From: a virus | Lineage: Duplodnaviria > Caudoviricetes | IMG/VR virus record: IMGVR_UViG_3300032219_001489 | Location: 1-37,122 of that record | Direction: 5' to 3' (one strand) | Length of the DNA stretch: 37,122 nt | Part shown: one piece after another, positions 1 to 8,999 of the stretch | Numbering within the stretch: the first letter of the stretch is position 1 | Layout of the letters: each line of letters begins with the position of its first letter | Made by a program: the position numbers and the translations under genes | Notes under the pieces: model-generated | Told to the model about the DNA's origin: nothing | What the model saw: only the letters and a program-made list of their open reading frames with translations | Database searches by the model: none

Positions 1-123
1 ATCCCGGCCTGCGGCTCCATCTTGGGCTCCACTCCGGCCACCATTTGGGTCAGGGCATTCTGCTCGTCGCTGACCTGTGCCTGGGTCGCCTGATCCATCG
101 GCTGGAGCACGGCTCCCGCCATG
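1..123. repeat. Terminal direct repeat identical to 37000-37122 (circular assembly overlap; unit genome 36,999 bp)
   Basis: Base-for-base identity of the first and last 123 nt; the portal reading frame continues across the join. Confidence 0.97.
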
Positions 124-1970
124 TTCGGATCGATGGCGCGGAACATGAGCTCGGTGAACTTGCTGTAATCGACGCGGCCGAAGCGGTCATTGGCCAGGAC
201 GCTCTGGATCAGGCCGAACTTCTCCTTGAGCAGTTCGTGGTTGAGGTCGCGGATGTCGAATTCCAAGCTCACGTCGAACATTCCCTGCACCTCGCTGCGG
301 CCGGCATTCCAAGGTCGGGAGAGGGGGCCGACGATGCGGACGACATGATCCTCGGCCATGTACTGCTGGCAAAGCTGGAGGGTCTGACCGACCACCTGAC
401 GCATCTCCAGCAGCCACCCGTCGACGAGGTCCTGCTGGTGGAGCTGGGCGAGCTGGGGCGGGCAGTTCTCGGTCATGCGGCCGAGGTACTGGTCGAGCGT
501 GGTCTGGGCGGCCTTTTCGATCTCGATGGAGGATCCGTCCCCCTGCGGGATCTGCATCCAGGAGATCTCCTCGCCGCGGCGGCTCGGCCACTTGGTGCCG
601 GGGCCGAAGGAGAGATTCATCGCGCCACGAGACGCGGGGACAAGAATGGGCGGGAGGACGGAAATGGAGGTGCGATCACTGCGGGCGTCACGCTGGCACT
701 TGACCTCTTTCTCCCAGGTGTCGGCAATCGTCGGAACGCCCCGGGACTCAAGGATCGTGCGGGCGATCTGCTCGCGCTGGTGGACCACATAGGGATACTG
801 GCCATGCTCGTAGGGCAGGGCCTCATCGAGGGCCACGCTATCACGGACGCCGAGGCAGAGGACGGTATTCCAGACGCAGGGAATGCCGTCGTCGTCCACG
901 GATTTCCTGTGGAAGTGGAAAATTTCGATCAGGTCTCGGCGCTCGTAGTCGAGGATGCCCCAGAAGTTGCGACGGCTCTCGGAGAGAAGCAGGAGGTTCG
1001 AGGTCAGGGTGTCGACCACGTAGCCCTTGCGCTTGACGGCTTCCTCGACCCAGTCGGCATCGTAGCCGTGGGTGTTGATCCGGTCGCGCAGCTCACCCTC
1101 GGTGAGACGCTCGCGGTGAGCCACCCAGGGAGCCCGCTGGATGTCGTCGGTGATGCAGGGGAAGAAGACATCGACCATCGGGAGCAGGGCGCTCCACTTG
1201 GGCATGGCCGAGAAGACCTCGGGGATCGGGATCTCGGTGCGGCCGGTTTCGCGGAGCTCCTTCAAGCAGGTGCGGGCCGGGCCCTTCTTCAGGATTGGCG
1301 ACATCCCGGTCAGGATGCGGAGGTTCTCCTCCTCGCGGAGGGGATCCATGACCTGCTCCATGACCTGCTGCTTGATGGCGGCAAGTTGCTGCGGGTCTTC
1401 GGTGGCACCCATCATGGTGGCAAGGCCGTCGAGGGTGATCTCCTGAGTCGTGCGGCGAAGTTGCTGATCCCACATGACGGCCGTGATCGAGGCCCCATAG
1501 GTCTGTCGCCAGTTGGCGGCGAGCTGAAGCTCGCGCCGGATCTGGGGGCGCATCTGGTTCCAGATGACATATTTGAGCAAGGTCGAGACTTTCTCCGCGT
1601 ACTCCATGTCGTCGGAATCCATCGCCACGGCCTGCGTGTTGGCCCTGGTGAAGGCGCTCATCATGAGCATCACTTGCTCGTTGATCGCGCTGTCAATGAT
1701 GCGCGGGCGCATATCGCTTGCGCCTTCCCAGGGAAAGGGCTGGGCATTGAGATCGGCCCCGTGCTTGCGGCCGTCGGCGGACTGGCCGTTCCACAAATTG
1801 AGCCGGGTATGGTAGGCCTGCTCGGAGCGGTTGTAGTACCAGAAGGCGTCCCGGGTCGATTGGATCAGCTCAGAGGAAAGGATCGCAAGGTTCTCGGCCA
1901 GATCTCCCCCGGAATCAAGGGCTCCGAGGCGTTCGATCTTCGATCCGGTTCCGTCGTTGGCAAGTGACAT
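1..1970 (-). CDS. Portal protein, N-terminal part (continues through the circular junction to 36792; about 725 aa total)
   Basis: Hand translation from ATG 1970: MSLANDGTGSKIERL...QPFPWEGASDMRPRIID..., a P22-like portal PWEGASD motif. In frame with ORF 36792..37121 and directly downstream of TerL. Missed by the ORF track because it runs off the edge. Confidence 0.85.
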   Translation of the reverse strand, partial: MSLANDGTGSKIERLGALDSGGDLAENLAILSSELIQSTRDAFWYYNRSEQAYHTRLNLWNGQSADGRKHGADLNAQPFPWEGASDMRPRIIDSAINEQVMLMMSAFTRANTQAVAMDSDDMEYAEKVSTLLKYVIWNQMRPQIRRELQLAANWRQTYGASITAVMWDQQLRRTTQEITLDGLATMMGATEDPQQLAAIKQQVMEQVMDPLREEENLRILTGMSPILKKGPARTCLKELRETGRTEIPIPEVFSAMPKWSALLPMVDVFFPCITDDIQRAPWVAHRERLTEGELRDRINTHGYDADWVEEAVKRKGYVVDTLTSNLLLLSESRRNFWGILDYERRDLIEIFHFHRKSVDDDGIPCVWNTVLCLGVRDSVALDEALPYEHGQYPYVVHQREQIARTILESRGVPTIADTWEKEVKCQRDARSDRTSISVLPPILVPASRGAMNLSFGPGTKWPSRRGEEISWMQIPQGDGSSIEIEKAAQTTLDQYLGRMTENCPPQLAQLHQQDLVDGWLLEMRQVVGQTLQLCQQYMAEDHVVRIVGPLSRPWNAGRSEVQGMFDVSLEFDIRDLNHELLKEKFGLIQSVLANDRFGRVDYSKFTELMFRAIDPNMAGAVLQPMDQATQAQVSDEQNALTQMVAGVEPKMEPQAG

Positions 1971-1978
1971 ACGCCGCA

Positions 1979-2014
1979 AGCGTAGACGATGGGATGTCCG
2001 AGCTTAATGGGGGA
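1979..2014 (-). promoter_or_regulatory. Putative late promoter copy 1: TCCCCCATTAAGCTC-N15-TACGCT, portal ATG 8 nt later
   Basis: Exact 15-mer at 2000-2014, one of five intergenic copies with a fixed 15-nt spacer to a -10-like hexamer. Confidence 0.8.
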
Positions 2015-2028
2015 ACGACGGAGACTCG

Positions 2029-2050
2029 CGCAGAGGCGCAGAGGCGCAGA
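2029..2050. repeat. Octamer tandem (CGCAGAGG)n; inverted partner at 36767-36788
   Basis: cgcagaggcgcagaggcgcaga versus tctgcgcctcggcgtttctgcg, 19/22 complementary. Confidence 0.7.
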
Positions 2051-2060
2051 AGAGTTAAAT

Positions 2061-3749
2061 TCAATAGCCCCCCCCTGGGTGCTGGGTTGGTCTCAAGATG
2101 TCTCCCTCGACGTAGAGCAGCTCCGGCTCGGCGGTCACCGCGTAGCGGACGCAGTCGAGCGGGTCCTTGGTCGCAGCCTTGTTCCCGTCCGCACCGGTCC
2201 ACTCTTTCAGTGAATAGATCACATTGGCGCAGTCGCGTGAAATGAAGAGCCGGGGCTCGTTCCCATGCGCGACCGGCTTGTCGGGATCGTAGGCCAGGGC
2301 GTTGTTGATGAGATCAACTCCCTCATCGATGGCACGTCCCGAGGTCGGGTTGAAGTCCATGTCAATATCGGCACATTCGTCGAGTAGGGTCGTCACCCCG
2401 TCGCGGAGGATGGTGGCGCTGGAGGCATAGCGGCTGTCCATGAGGCGTTCGCGGATGACCTCATCCCCCTCAAGGCGTGCGATCTCCTCCTTGTATTCCT
2501 GCAAGCCCCATCCAAAGGTCTTCTGGGCATCGCCCATGTCGCCGTCGGCCTTGCTGGCACTCGGCACCGCCCAGGGGCCGACCACGCCGACCCCGGTAAT
2601 GTAGCGGGAAGAGTCTGGCCACTCCCGGTAGACAAAGAGCCGACCACGAATGTCGACCCGGACCCAGATCATGAACCAGTTGCGGCCACTGCAAGGGTCG
2701 ACGATGTGGTAATTGCTTCCTTCCTTGGGGATGGACTCGGGATCGACCACATGGACATCGTCACGGAAGCGTGGGAAGCGGCTGACCCTCGACTTGGTGG
2801 CCACCCCGTAGGCGCGGCAGAGGATGGTCTCCTTGTTCTTGCCCTCCAGCACGACCTTGAGCGAGGGATAGTTGCCGTAGGGGTTCTCCTGCGTGTGGAA
2901 GTAGACGATCCCGGCATTCCGCATGACCGGCTGCTGGGTCAGCGGGACCTTCTCAAATCCCTCGCCCGTGATCTTGGGCAGGAGCTCGGCCTCGGTCTCT
3001 TCCGTAGTCACGGCCCCATTAAGCACGCTGGCCACGGTCGGGGTGTAACCCGCCACCGGGGTGAAGGTGACATGGAGCAGGCCATTCCTGGTCAGAAGTC
3101 GGTAGCGCAGGGCCTCAAGCCAGTCCGGGGTGACCAACTCGTCCGCCCAGGCACAGTCCAGCTCGGCACCTTCGACCGATTTCACGTCCATGGAGTAGAA
3201 CTTGAAGACGCACATGGAGCCATTCGGCAGGACGAGCTTGTTCTCGGTGAATCCGCCACTCACCGAGTAGTTGATCTTGGTGGTCGTCCCTTGGCGGAGT
3301 TTCCCCGTCTCGCTCTTGTACTCGGTCGGGAGGTATTTCCAGATCAGGCCCTGCTGGTTCTCGATCGAAGAGGCCTCGGTGCTTTGCAGGCACCAGACCT
3401 TGGCAAAGTCCTTTTCGATCATGAGCTGGACGATCCGCTTGGCCGCCCGCTCTGACTTCCCTGCACGGTTCCCGCCCAGGTTCCACTCCTCAATCACCCC
3501 CACCGGGAACTTCTCCCGCAGCCGGGCCCGCTCCGCATCGGCACGCACCCAGGAAGAGGGCTCATGGCCGTAGCGGAGGGGGTCGGCCTTCTCCAGCCGG
3601 ATCCCCTCCTCCCTCGCGGTGATGAAGGCCGCAAGCTGATCCTTGGTGAAAATCCGCTCCCGCTCACCCACGCGGGCCGCGATCCGGCCATCCTTGCGGC
3701 GGCCGATCAGCTCGACCATGGGGTGAACGGGGTGAGGAGTTTGGAGCAT
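2061..3749 (-). CDS. terL: Terminase large subunit
   Basis: Walker A GGNRAGKS, Walker B CAWADE, TFTP coupling motif, C-terminal nuclease IVDP...DPLDCVRY; adjacent to portal. Confidence 0.92.
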   Translation of the reverse strand: MLQTPHPVHPMVELIGRRKDGRIAARVGERERIFTKDQLAAFITAREEGIRLEKADPLRYGHEPSSWVRADAERARLREKFPVGVIEEWNLGGNRAGKSERAAKRIVQLMIEKDFAKVWCLQSTEASSIENQQGLIWKYLPTEYKSETGKLRQGTTTKINYSVSGGFTENKLVLPNGSMCVFKFYSMDVKSVEGAELDCAWADELVTPDWLEALRYRLLTRNGLLHVTFTPVAGYTPTVASVLNGAVTTEETEAELLPKITGEGFEKVPLTQQPVMRNAGIVYFHTQENPYGNYPSLKVVLEGKNKETILCRAYGVATKSRVSRFPRFRDDVHVVDPESIPKEGSNYHIVDPCSGRNWFMIWVRVDIRGRLFVYREWPDSSRYITGVGVVGPWAVPSASKADGDMGDAQKTFGWGLQEYKEEIARLEGDEVIRERLMDSRYASSATILRDGVTTLLDECADIDMDFNPTSGRAIDEGVDLINNALAYDPDKPVAHGNEPRLFISRDCANVIYSLKEWTGADGNKAATKDPLDCVRYAVTAEPELLYVEGDILRPTQHPGGGY

Positions 3750-3761
3750 GGGAAGGGAAAG

Positions 3762-3789
3762 GATGAATGATGAATTATGAATGATGAAT
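3762..3789. repeat. Heptamer tandem (ATGAATG/ATGAATT) upstream of the TerL start; a related array lies at 17153-17175 upstream of the phosphoesterase start
   Basis: gatgaatgatgaattatgaatgatgaat read directly. Confidence 0.7.
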
Positions 3790-4065
3790 GGCAGAGGACT
3801 GCATGCAGCGGGTCATCCATTCATCGCGATCCCGGGCAGTTGCATCGGCATCGCGGGTCACTTGTTTCAAGGCGGCAAGGGCGGCATTCAGCTCCTTGAA
3901 CAGTTTCATCGCTCGGAATTCGCCATGCTCCCACATACGGATGACGCGGTTGGCTTCGTTCAGCTCACGTTCCAGATCCCTTGCAAGGTTCACGATGTCG
4001 TCGTGCGTGTGGAATTTCCAGTGCACGGCATCGGTCCTCGGGGTGTCGGTCGGCTGATTAGGCAT
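3775..4065 (-). CDS. Hypothetical coiled-coil protein
   Basis: 96-aa ORF in the operon; TDTPRTDA...ARDLERELNEA type small phage protein. Confidence 0.7.
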   Translation of the reverse strand: MPNQPTDTPRTDAVHWKFHTHDDIVNLARDLERELNEANRVIRMWEHGEFRAMKLFKELNAALAALKQVTRDADATARDRDEWMTRCMQSSAIHHS

Positions 4066-4098
4066 TTAGGCTGAAGATTGTTAGGTCAGAGGCTTTCC

Positions 4099-4398
4099 TC
4101 AGAACGGAATGTCGTCCTCGGCAAGGTTGCTCTCGGTCTTCGGGCTCTCAACCCTCGTCTCTCGACCCTCGACCTTTTGTTGCGGCACCCATGGCTCTTT
4201 GACCTCACCCTTGATGTATTTCTGGCCCTCGATCTTGGATCCGACCTTGCCCTCGTTGATCCATCCGGCCAGATCATATTTGGTGCCGTCGGGCAGCTCG
4301 ATCGATCCGGAATAGACCGGCTTGCGGGGGTGATCGCCCTCGCGCTTAATGTTCTTGAAGAGGACAAAGGTGCCCTTGTTTTGGTTGCTTTCGCTCAT
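4099..4398 (-). CDS. Small SSB-like / DUF736-like protein
   Basis: KPVYSGSIE...YDLAGW core with acidic C-terminal EDDIPF tail typical of ssDNA-binding proteins. Confidence 0.65.
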   Translation of the reverse strand: MSESNQNKGTFVLFKNIKREGDHPRKPVYSGSIELPDGTKYDLAGWINEGKVGSKIEGQKYIKGEVKEPWVPQQKVEGRETRVESPKTESNLAEDDIPF

Positions 4399-4428
4399 TT
4401 GGTTTTGGTTGGTTTGGTTGGTTGGGGG

Positions 4429-4713
4429 TTATTCGTGGGAGGCGAGCTTCTCGTAGACGCGGGCGACCAGCTCGCCGAACTCGGTGACGGCCTGCTCTTC
4501 GATGTCGGGGAATCGCGCATGGAGGAGTTCGTGGACGGTACATTCCATGAGGGAACGTGATCGTCCATGCCGTGCCGCATGGATCACGATCCGCCGCAGG
4601 TCCTTGTCGGCGGAGCCGTCATCGACGACACCTCCCGTCTTGCCGGGGAATCCGAAGCCAATCGTCCACCGCTTCCCGAGGATCGTGGCCGTGCAGATGC
4701 GCTTGAAGCTCAT
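4429..4713 (-). CDS. Small HExxH (zincin-like) protein
   Basis: CTVHELLHARFP followed by downstream Glu (EEQAV). Confidence 0.65.
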   Translation of the reverse strand: MSFKRICTATILGKRWTIGFGFPGKTGGVVDDGSADKDLRRIVIHAARHGRSRSLMECTVHELLHARFPDIEEQAVTEFGELVARVYEKLASHE

Positions 4714-4886
4714 GGGTGAGGAGAGACGGTGCGGGGGCTAGGCTCTAGGGGTTTAGGCTCTAGGCTGATAGGTTTGCTGGCCTTCGACTCTCGACCCTCG
4801 TCCCTCGACTTCTTAAAGATCGCGTCAAAATTCTCTCTGAACTTGGGGCCGAGATTCCTCGGGGCCGATCCCTTCCCCGCGCTCAT
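4710..4886 (-). CDS. 58-aa small phage protein (MSAGKGSAPRNLGPKFRENFDAIF...) with repeat-derived C-terminal extension
   Basis: Hand-translated; ATGA overlaps with both neighbours; GKGSxPR...NFDxIF pattern; below the ORF-track cutoff. Confidence 0.75.
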   Translation of the reverse strand: MSAGKGSAPRNLGPKFRENFDAIFKKSRDEGRESKASKPISLEPKPLEPSPRTVSPHP

Positions 4887-5221
4887 TTTCCGCCCTCCGG
4901 GTAGTCGGGTACGTCGAGGCCGGTGACAGGATATTTCAACGGCACCTTTTCAATTTTCCTGCAGGCCTGATACCCCAGCTCAAAGGCCAGGCGGAAACGC
5001 TCCATTTGGTCAGTGATGACCGAGCCGTCGGGATTAAGCGCACGCACTCCTTCGGTCTTCCAATAGCGCTTCCAGATCGGGTCTTCGGCGTAGGTGCCGG
5101 GATTCTCAACGATGTCAAAATCAAACGGAATGGTGTCTCGGTCGCGGGTGATGGCGGCCTTGCGGCGCTTGGCCTCGGCAGCTTCGTAGGCTTGCTTGAG
5201 TTTGGTGTCGGTGGTGCTCAT
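4883..5221 (-). CDS. Hypothetical protein
   Basis: 112-aa ORF, ATGA-coupled on both sides. Confidence 0.7.
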   Translation of the reverse strand: MSTTDTKLKQAYEAAEAKRRKAAITRDRDTIPFDFDIVENPGTYAEDPIWKRYWKTEGVRALNPDGSVITDQMERFRLAFELGYQACRKIEKVPLKYPVTGLDVPDYPEGGK

Positions 5222-5847
5222 GCGGCGTGTTGGTTGTGGGTGATGGCTTCAAGGATCTGCTCAAGGCGGGAGGCCAGATCGGTGGGAGTGCCGTCATTGA
5301 TGAGGACCCGCTGGCTGAAAAGGGTGTGATTTTCCGAGACATGGGCCTCAACGCCCAGGACTTCGGAGCGGTGGACGCGAATGACCAATCCCCCCTGCCG
5401 GAGGATGGCATCCAGTTCGTTGGGATACCTCAAATCATCCACGACGATCCCGAAATCCCTTTTCCCAAACTCCCTTTGGAACAACGCATTCTCCTCAACG
5501 CGTCGCTCCCATGCCATGACCCAGACATTCGGGCCGAGCAACTGCCGTCCCCACTCGTCCCCAAGAGTCTGCATGGCTCGGCGCGGGGTCTTGCCCTGAA
5601 GCATCGCGCACGGGGTCTCCTTCAGATCGCCATCGACCTGGGCAAACGTCAGCCCGAAATCCCTGAGCATATCCTTGATCGGGTCGGCAAATCGGATCCG
5701 GCGGTATCCGCACTCCTGCACGAGATGTTGCGCGGCCGTGCTCTTCCCGCTACCGGCCGGGCCGGTGAAAGCAATCAGTCGGGGCCAGTTTCCGTGAAAT
5801 TCTTTCACAAGGGGTGGTTCCTTACGCGGCTTGAAGGTCAGGTTCAT
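5218..5847 (-). CDS. Deoxynucleoside monophosphate kinase
   Basis: FTGPAGSGKST, FADPIK, TPRRAMQTLG-EWGR, DDLRYPNE and HVSE motifs; start placed at MNLTFKP (5847). Confidence 0.88.
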   Translation of the reverse strand: MNLTFKPRKEPPLVKEFHGNWPRLIAFTGPAGSGKSTAAQHLVQECGYRRIRFADPIKDMLRDFGLTFAQVDGDLKETPCAMLQGKTPRRAMQTLGDEWGRQLLGPNVWVMAWERRVEENALFQREFGKRDFGIVVDDLRYPNELDAILRQGGLVIRVHRSEVLGVEAHVSENHTLFSQRVLINDGTPTDLASRLEQILEAITHNQHAA

Positions 5848-6286
5848 GGGCGACGATGTTTTCTTCGGTGTTGTAGAGCGGGAGGTCGGTTCCAGATCGG
5901 GCATTGCGCTGGCGCTCGCGCTGGTGTGAAGGGGTCAAGAGCCAGGTAAGGTCATCGCGGGTGAGCAGGGCCGTCGCTCCGGGCACAAGCCCCAGACGCT
6001 GGCGGAACTTCCACGACTGCCACTTGACGCTCTCGGTCGAGAGGTGGTCGCAGAATTTGTCAAAGTACGGCCCCATGAGGAACTCGATCAGCTCGGCCAC
6101 TTGCCTGGGTGCCCGGTAGCCCAGCGGGCTGTACCGCCAGTCGAGCCCGACCTCGTAACGCCACTTCTCTTTCACGACCTCCTGAGCCCGCACGCAGCCG
6201 AGCTCGCGCAGGGTGACGTAGTCCTCGACGGCCTGTTCGATCATGGCAATGGTCAGCGATCGGATGGGGTTCTCGACGCGTTCCAT
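5822..6286 (-). CDS. Hypothetical protein
   Basis: 154-aa ORF in the operon (AMIEQAVEDY motif). Confidence 0.7.
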   Translation of the reverse strand: MERVENPIRSLTIAMIEQAVEDYVTLRELGCVRAQEVVKEKWRYEVGLDWRYSPLGYRAPRQVAELIEFLMGPYFDKFCDHLSTESVKWQSWKFRQRLGLVPGATALLTRDDLTWLLTPSHQRERQRNARSGTDLPLYNTEENIVAHEPDLQAA

Positions 6287-6288
6287 GG

Positions 6289-6555
6289 TTAGAGGGAATC
6301 AGGGGTGGCCGAATTGGAGCGCGGCGTGCAGGCGCGCAGGGCGGCGGCCAGCTCGGGGTCATCTTTGGGATAATCCCCCCGAAGCAGGAGAAGCTGTGCC
6401 AGCGTGGCCCAAGCATCCCGGGTTCGGATGAGCTCGCTGATTTTATCGAGCATGGCATCGACCGTGGACTTGGTCTGAGGTCTCGGTGCCGGAGCCGCAG
6501 GCGTCGCCCCCGGCGGAATCTTGTCGGCGTAGTTTTTGGCGTTGTAATCTTTCAT
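6289..6555 (-). CDS. Hypothetical protein (88 aa, MKDYNAKNY...)
   Basis: ATG 6555 overlaps the upstream TGA (ATGA). Confidence 0.65.
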   Translation of the reverse strand: MKDYNAKNYADKIPPGATPAAPAPRPQTKSTVDAMLDKISELIRTRDAWATLAQLLLLRGDYPKDDPELAAALRACTPRSNSATPDSL

Positions 6556-6779
6556 GCGGTGGCCGGAGTGATGGGGGCAATCGGGGTGGGCTGGGTGCGT
6601 CGGACCAGTGAGCCGAAATGAAATCCGCTTGAGGGGATGTAGCCGGGGTCTCGCTCCCGGAGCCACTTGTCACAGGCAATCTTCATCTTGATGGCGTCGC
6701 CGCGTGAGATCTCGGCCGTCCCTTCGGCAATGTGCATCCGGAGGGTCTTGCCATTCATGCGTGGGTTCGTTGAGGTCAT
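6552..6779 (-). CDS. Hypothetical protein
   Basis: 75-aa ORF starting 3 nt after the upstream stop. Confidence 0.65.
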   Translation of the reverse strand: MTSTNPRMNGKTLRMHIAEGTAEISRGDAIKMKIACDKWLRERDPGYIPSSGFHFGSLVRRTQPTPIAPITPATA

Positions 6780-6782
6780 GGT

Positions 6783-7064
6783 CTAATTATCAAGGGTGAC
6801 GTTGAGGTTGGGGTCTAATGTTGCCGATTGGTTGAGGTCGACTTTCAGAAACTTGTCGGGTTCGCGCTCCCAGGCGGAGCGGACCAGCTCCTTGCTGAGG
6901 CCAAAGGCGAGGAAGGTCCGCTGGAACATCCCCCCGTTCTCGGCCAGCACCCGGACATCCACCGCCGGAACCATGACCGAGTCCGGTTGATGGATGACGT
7001 AGGGCTGACCGAGAAGAATTCGGGAAATGGTGAGGGGCTTGCGCTGGGTGGAATCAGTGCTCAT
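6783..7064 (-). CDS. Hypothetical protein
   Basis: 93-aa ORF, ATGA-coupled. Confidence 0.65.
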   Translation of the reverse strand: MSTDSTQRKPLTISRILLGQPYVIHQPDSVMVPAVDVRVLAENGGMFQRTFLAFGLSKELVRSAWEREPDKFLKVDLNQSATLDPNLNVTLDN

Positions 7065-7357
7065 GACAATTTACTTACGTCTCCCCACACGTTGATTTCA
7101 TCGGCACATTCATCGATTTTCATCAGTTCCTCATACGCATCCATGCCATCGACTACTTCGTGGCCGATCAGATTCAAAACAAACGTGAACATGACGAAAA
7201 CTTGCTGATAAGAGCTCCTCTTTTGAAAATCAGGCAGTGAAGCCCCGAAATCACTGTCCAGATCAAAGCGCCTCATTTCATCTTCACATGGCAACTCAAG
7301 CGCTCGGATACGGCCGGTTTCGGAATTCCAACAAATACAGGCGTTGTTAATTTTCAT
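7061..7357 (-). CDS. Hypothetical protein (98 aa, lower GC)
   Basis: MKINNACICW... start overlaps the DnaB stop (ATGA). Confidence 0.65.
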   Translation of the reverse strand: MKINNACICWNSETGRIRALELPCEDEMRRFDLDSDFGASLPDFQKRSSYQQVFVMFTFVLNLIGHEVVDGMDAYEELMKIDECADEINVWGDVSKLS

Positions 7358-8739
7358 GCGGCCTTCTTGGTGTAGCCCTTCTGGCGGTGCTCTTCGGAGT
7401 TGGAGTACTTCCGGTCGGTGCAATCGCGGAAGCGGGTCTTCTCCCCGTCAAACATGAGGTCGATCGGTCCCACGGGGCCGTTGCGCTGCTTGGCGACAAA
7501 GAGCTTGCTCGGCTCGGCGGGATCCTCCTTGTTCCGGTTGAGCAGGAGCACCACGTCGGCATCCTGCTCGATCGATCCACTCTCGCGAAGGTCGCTCAGC
7601 TTGGGCTCGCCACGACGCTCGGCTTCCCTATTCAACTGGGCTAGGCTGATGATCGGGATGTCCAATTCCTTGGCCAGGGTCTTGAGCCCTCCGGTGATGT
7701 CGGCAATCTCAAGCGCCCTGTTGGCGTCGCCACGCTTGCTCGGGCAGCGCATGAGCTGGAGGTAGTCGATGACGATGAGCCCGATCTTGTGCTGCATCTT
7801 GAGCCGCCTTGCCCGGGCCCGCAGCGCGTAGAGCGAGAGGGAGGGGGTCTCGTCGATCCAGATATTCTGCTGGCTGACCTTGCTCCCGGCATTGGTGATC
7901 CGTGGGAAATCCTGCTTGGAGAGGAATCCATCCCTGACCCGCTGGAGGCTGACATCGGCCGAGGCGCAGATCATGCGCTGGGCCATCTCCATGCCGCTCA
8001 TCTCAAGGCTAAAGAGCGCCGAGCCGTGGCCCTGCTCGGCCGCGTGCTGGAGGATATTCATAGCCAGGGCGCTCTTACCCATGGAGGGACGCGCCGCCAG
8101 GACAATGAGTTGGCCTCCCTTGAATCCATTGCACATCCGGTCGAGATCGACAAAGCCGCTGGGGACTCCCAGCACTCCGGTTCCCCGGGCCTTGTAGGCG
8201 TGCTCGAACTGGTCGATCGCTTGGTTGATGAAATCCTTTGCTGGCTTAAGCAGCTCGTCTTGCTTGGCAAAGGTGGCCCGCAGGTTGAAGAACGCGGTCT
8301 CGACATCGTCGAGGAGTTGGTCGGGGTTGCCCTCGTCCTGGTGATTTGCCGCGAGCTGGACGGCGTCGTAGCCGGTCTGCCAGATCCGGGTGAGCGCCCA
8401 CTTCCTCCGCACCTCGTCCAGGGCGCGGGGCATATCCATGACAGTCGGCGCGGCCATGGCGATCTCGGTGAGACTCGCCACGCCGCCCACATCCTCGATC
8501 CGACCCATGTCGATGAGGTGCTGCTGGACGCCGATCAGGTCACATCCCTGATGCTGGTGGAATCGCTCGAGGATGGCCTCGACGATGACGCGGTGACCTC
8601 CCCCACGGAATGCATCGGGCCCGATCGACTCGATGACGACGGGGATGCAGTTCGCCGGGTCCTGCATCATGCAGGAGAGGACGATGCGCTCGTGCTCGGG
8701 CGAGGCATTCGGCAGGCGGTCGAAGGGATTGGCGCTCAT
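7354..8739 (-). CDS. dnaB: Replicative DNA helicase, DnaB family
   Basis: AARPSMGKS, IVIDYLQL, LAQLNR, DLRESGSIEQDAD, KQRNGP motifs. Confidence 0.96.
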   Translation of the reverse strand: MSANPFDRLPNASPEHERIVLSCMMQDPANCIPVVIESIGPDAFRGGGHRVIVEAILERFHQHQGCDLIGVQQHLIDMGRIEDVGGVASLTEIAMAAPTVMDMPRALDEVRRKWALTRIWQTGYDAVQLAANHQDEGNPDQLLDDVETAFFNLRATFAKQDELLKPAKDFINQAIDQFEHAYKARGTGVLGVPSGFVDLDRMCNGFKGGQLIVLAARPSMGKSALAMNILQHAAEQGHGSALFSLEMSGMEMAQRMICASADVSLQRVRDGFLSKQDFPRITNAGSKVSQQNIWIDETPSLSLYALRARARRLKMQHKIGLIVIDYLQLMRCPSKRGDANRALEIADITGGLKTLAKELDIPIISLAQLNREAERRGEPKLSDLRESGSIEQDADVVLLLNRNKEDPAEPSKLFVAKQRNGPVGPIDLMFDGEKTRFRDCTDRKYSNSEEHRQKGYTKKAA

Positions 8740-8999
8740 GCGGCACCTCCATCCATTTCACGCTCAAATTTAAGGACCCGCTGGATTTTTTCTTCTGCAA
8801 TAGGATCCCATTCGGTACTGATCCATTCGCCTTGAAAGTCATCCGGTCCATCCGGGGCTCGATCAAGAGTGGCACGCAACATATCCATCTGCTGCTTCAC
8901 GAACTCAATTTTTTCGAAGTACGGATTGTAGATATCAGGAAATTCCTGCTGGTATCGTGACAAATTACGCACTGCATCGGATAAAGTGTCAGAAATCAT
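8736..8999 (-). CDS. Hypothetical protein
   Basis: 87-aa ORF, ATGA-coupled between initiator and helicase. Confidence 0.7.
   Translation of the reverse strand: MISDTLSDAVRNLSRYQQEFPDIYNPYFEKIEFVKQQMDMLRATLDRAPDGPDDFQGEWISTEWDPIAEEKIQRVLKFEREMDGGAA

Noticed and set aside
45-1967. 640-aa plus-strand ORF
   Set aside because: Antisense shadow of the portal gene; the minus frame has the portal motif, promoter and synteny.
2706-8835. Long plus-strand ORFs (2706..3455, 5227..5949, 7789..8835) and similar ones opposite structural genes
   Set aside because: Shadows of TerL, dNMP kinase, DnaB and others caused by high-GC codon bias; no motifs.
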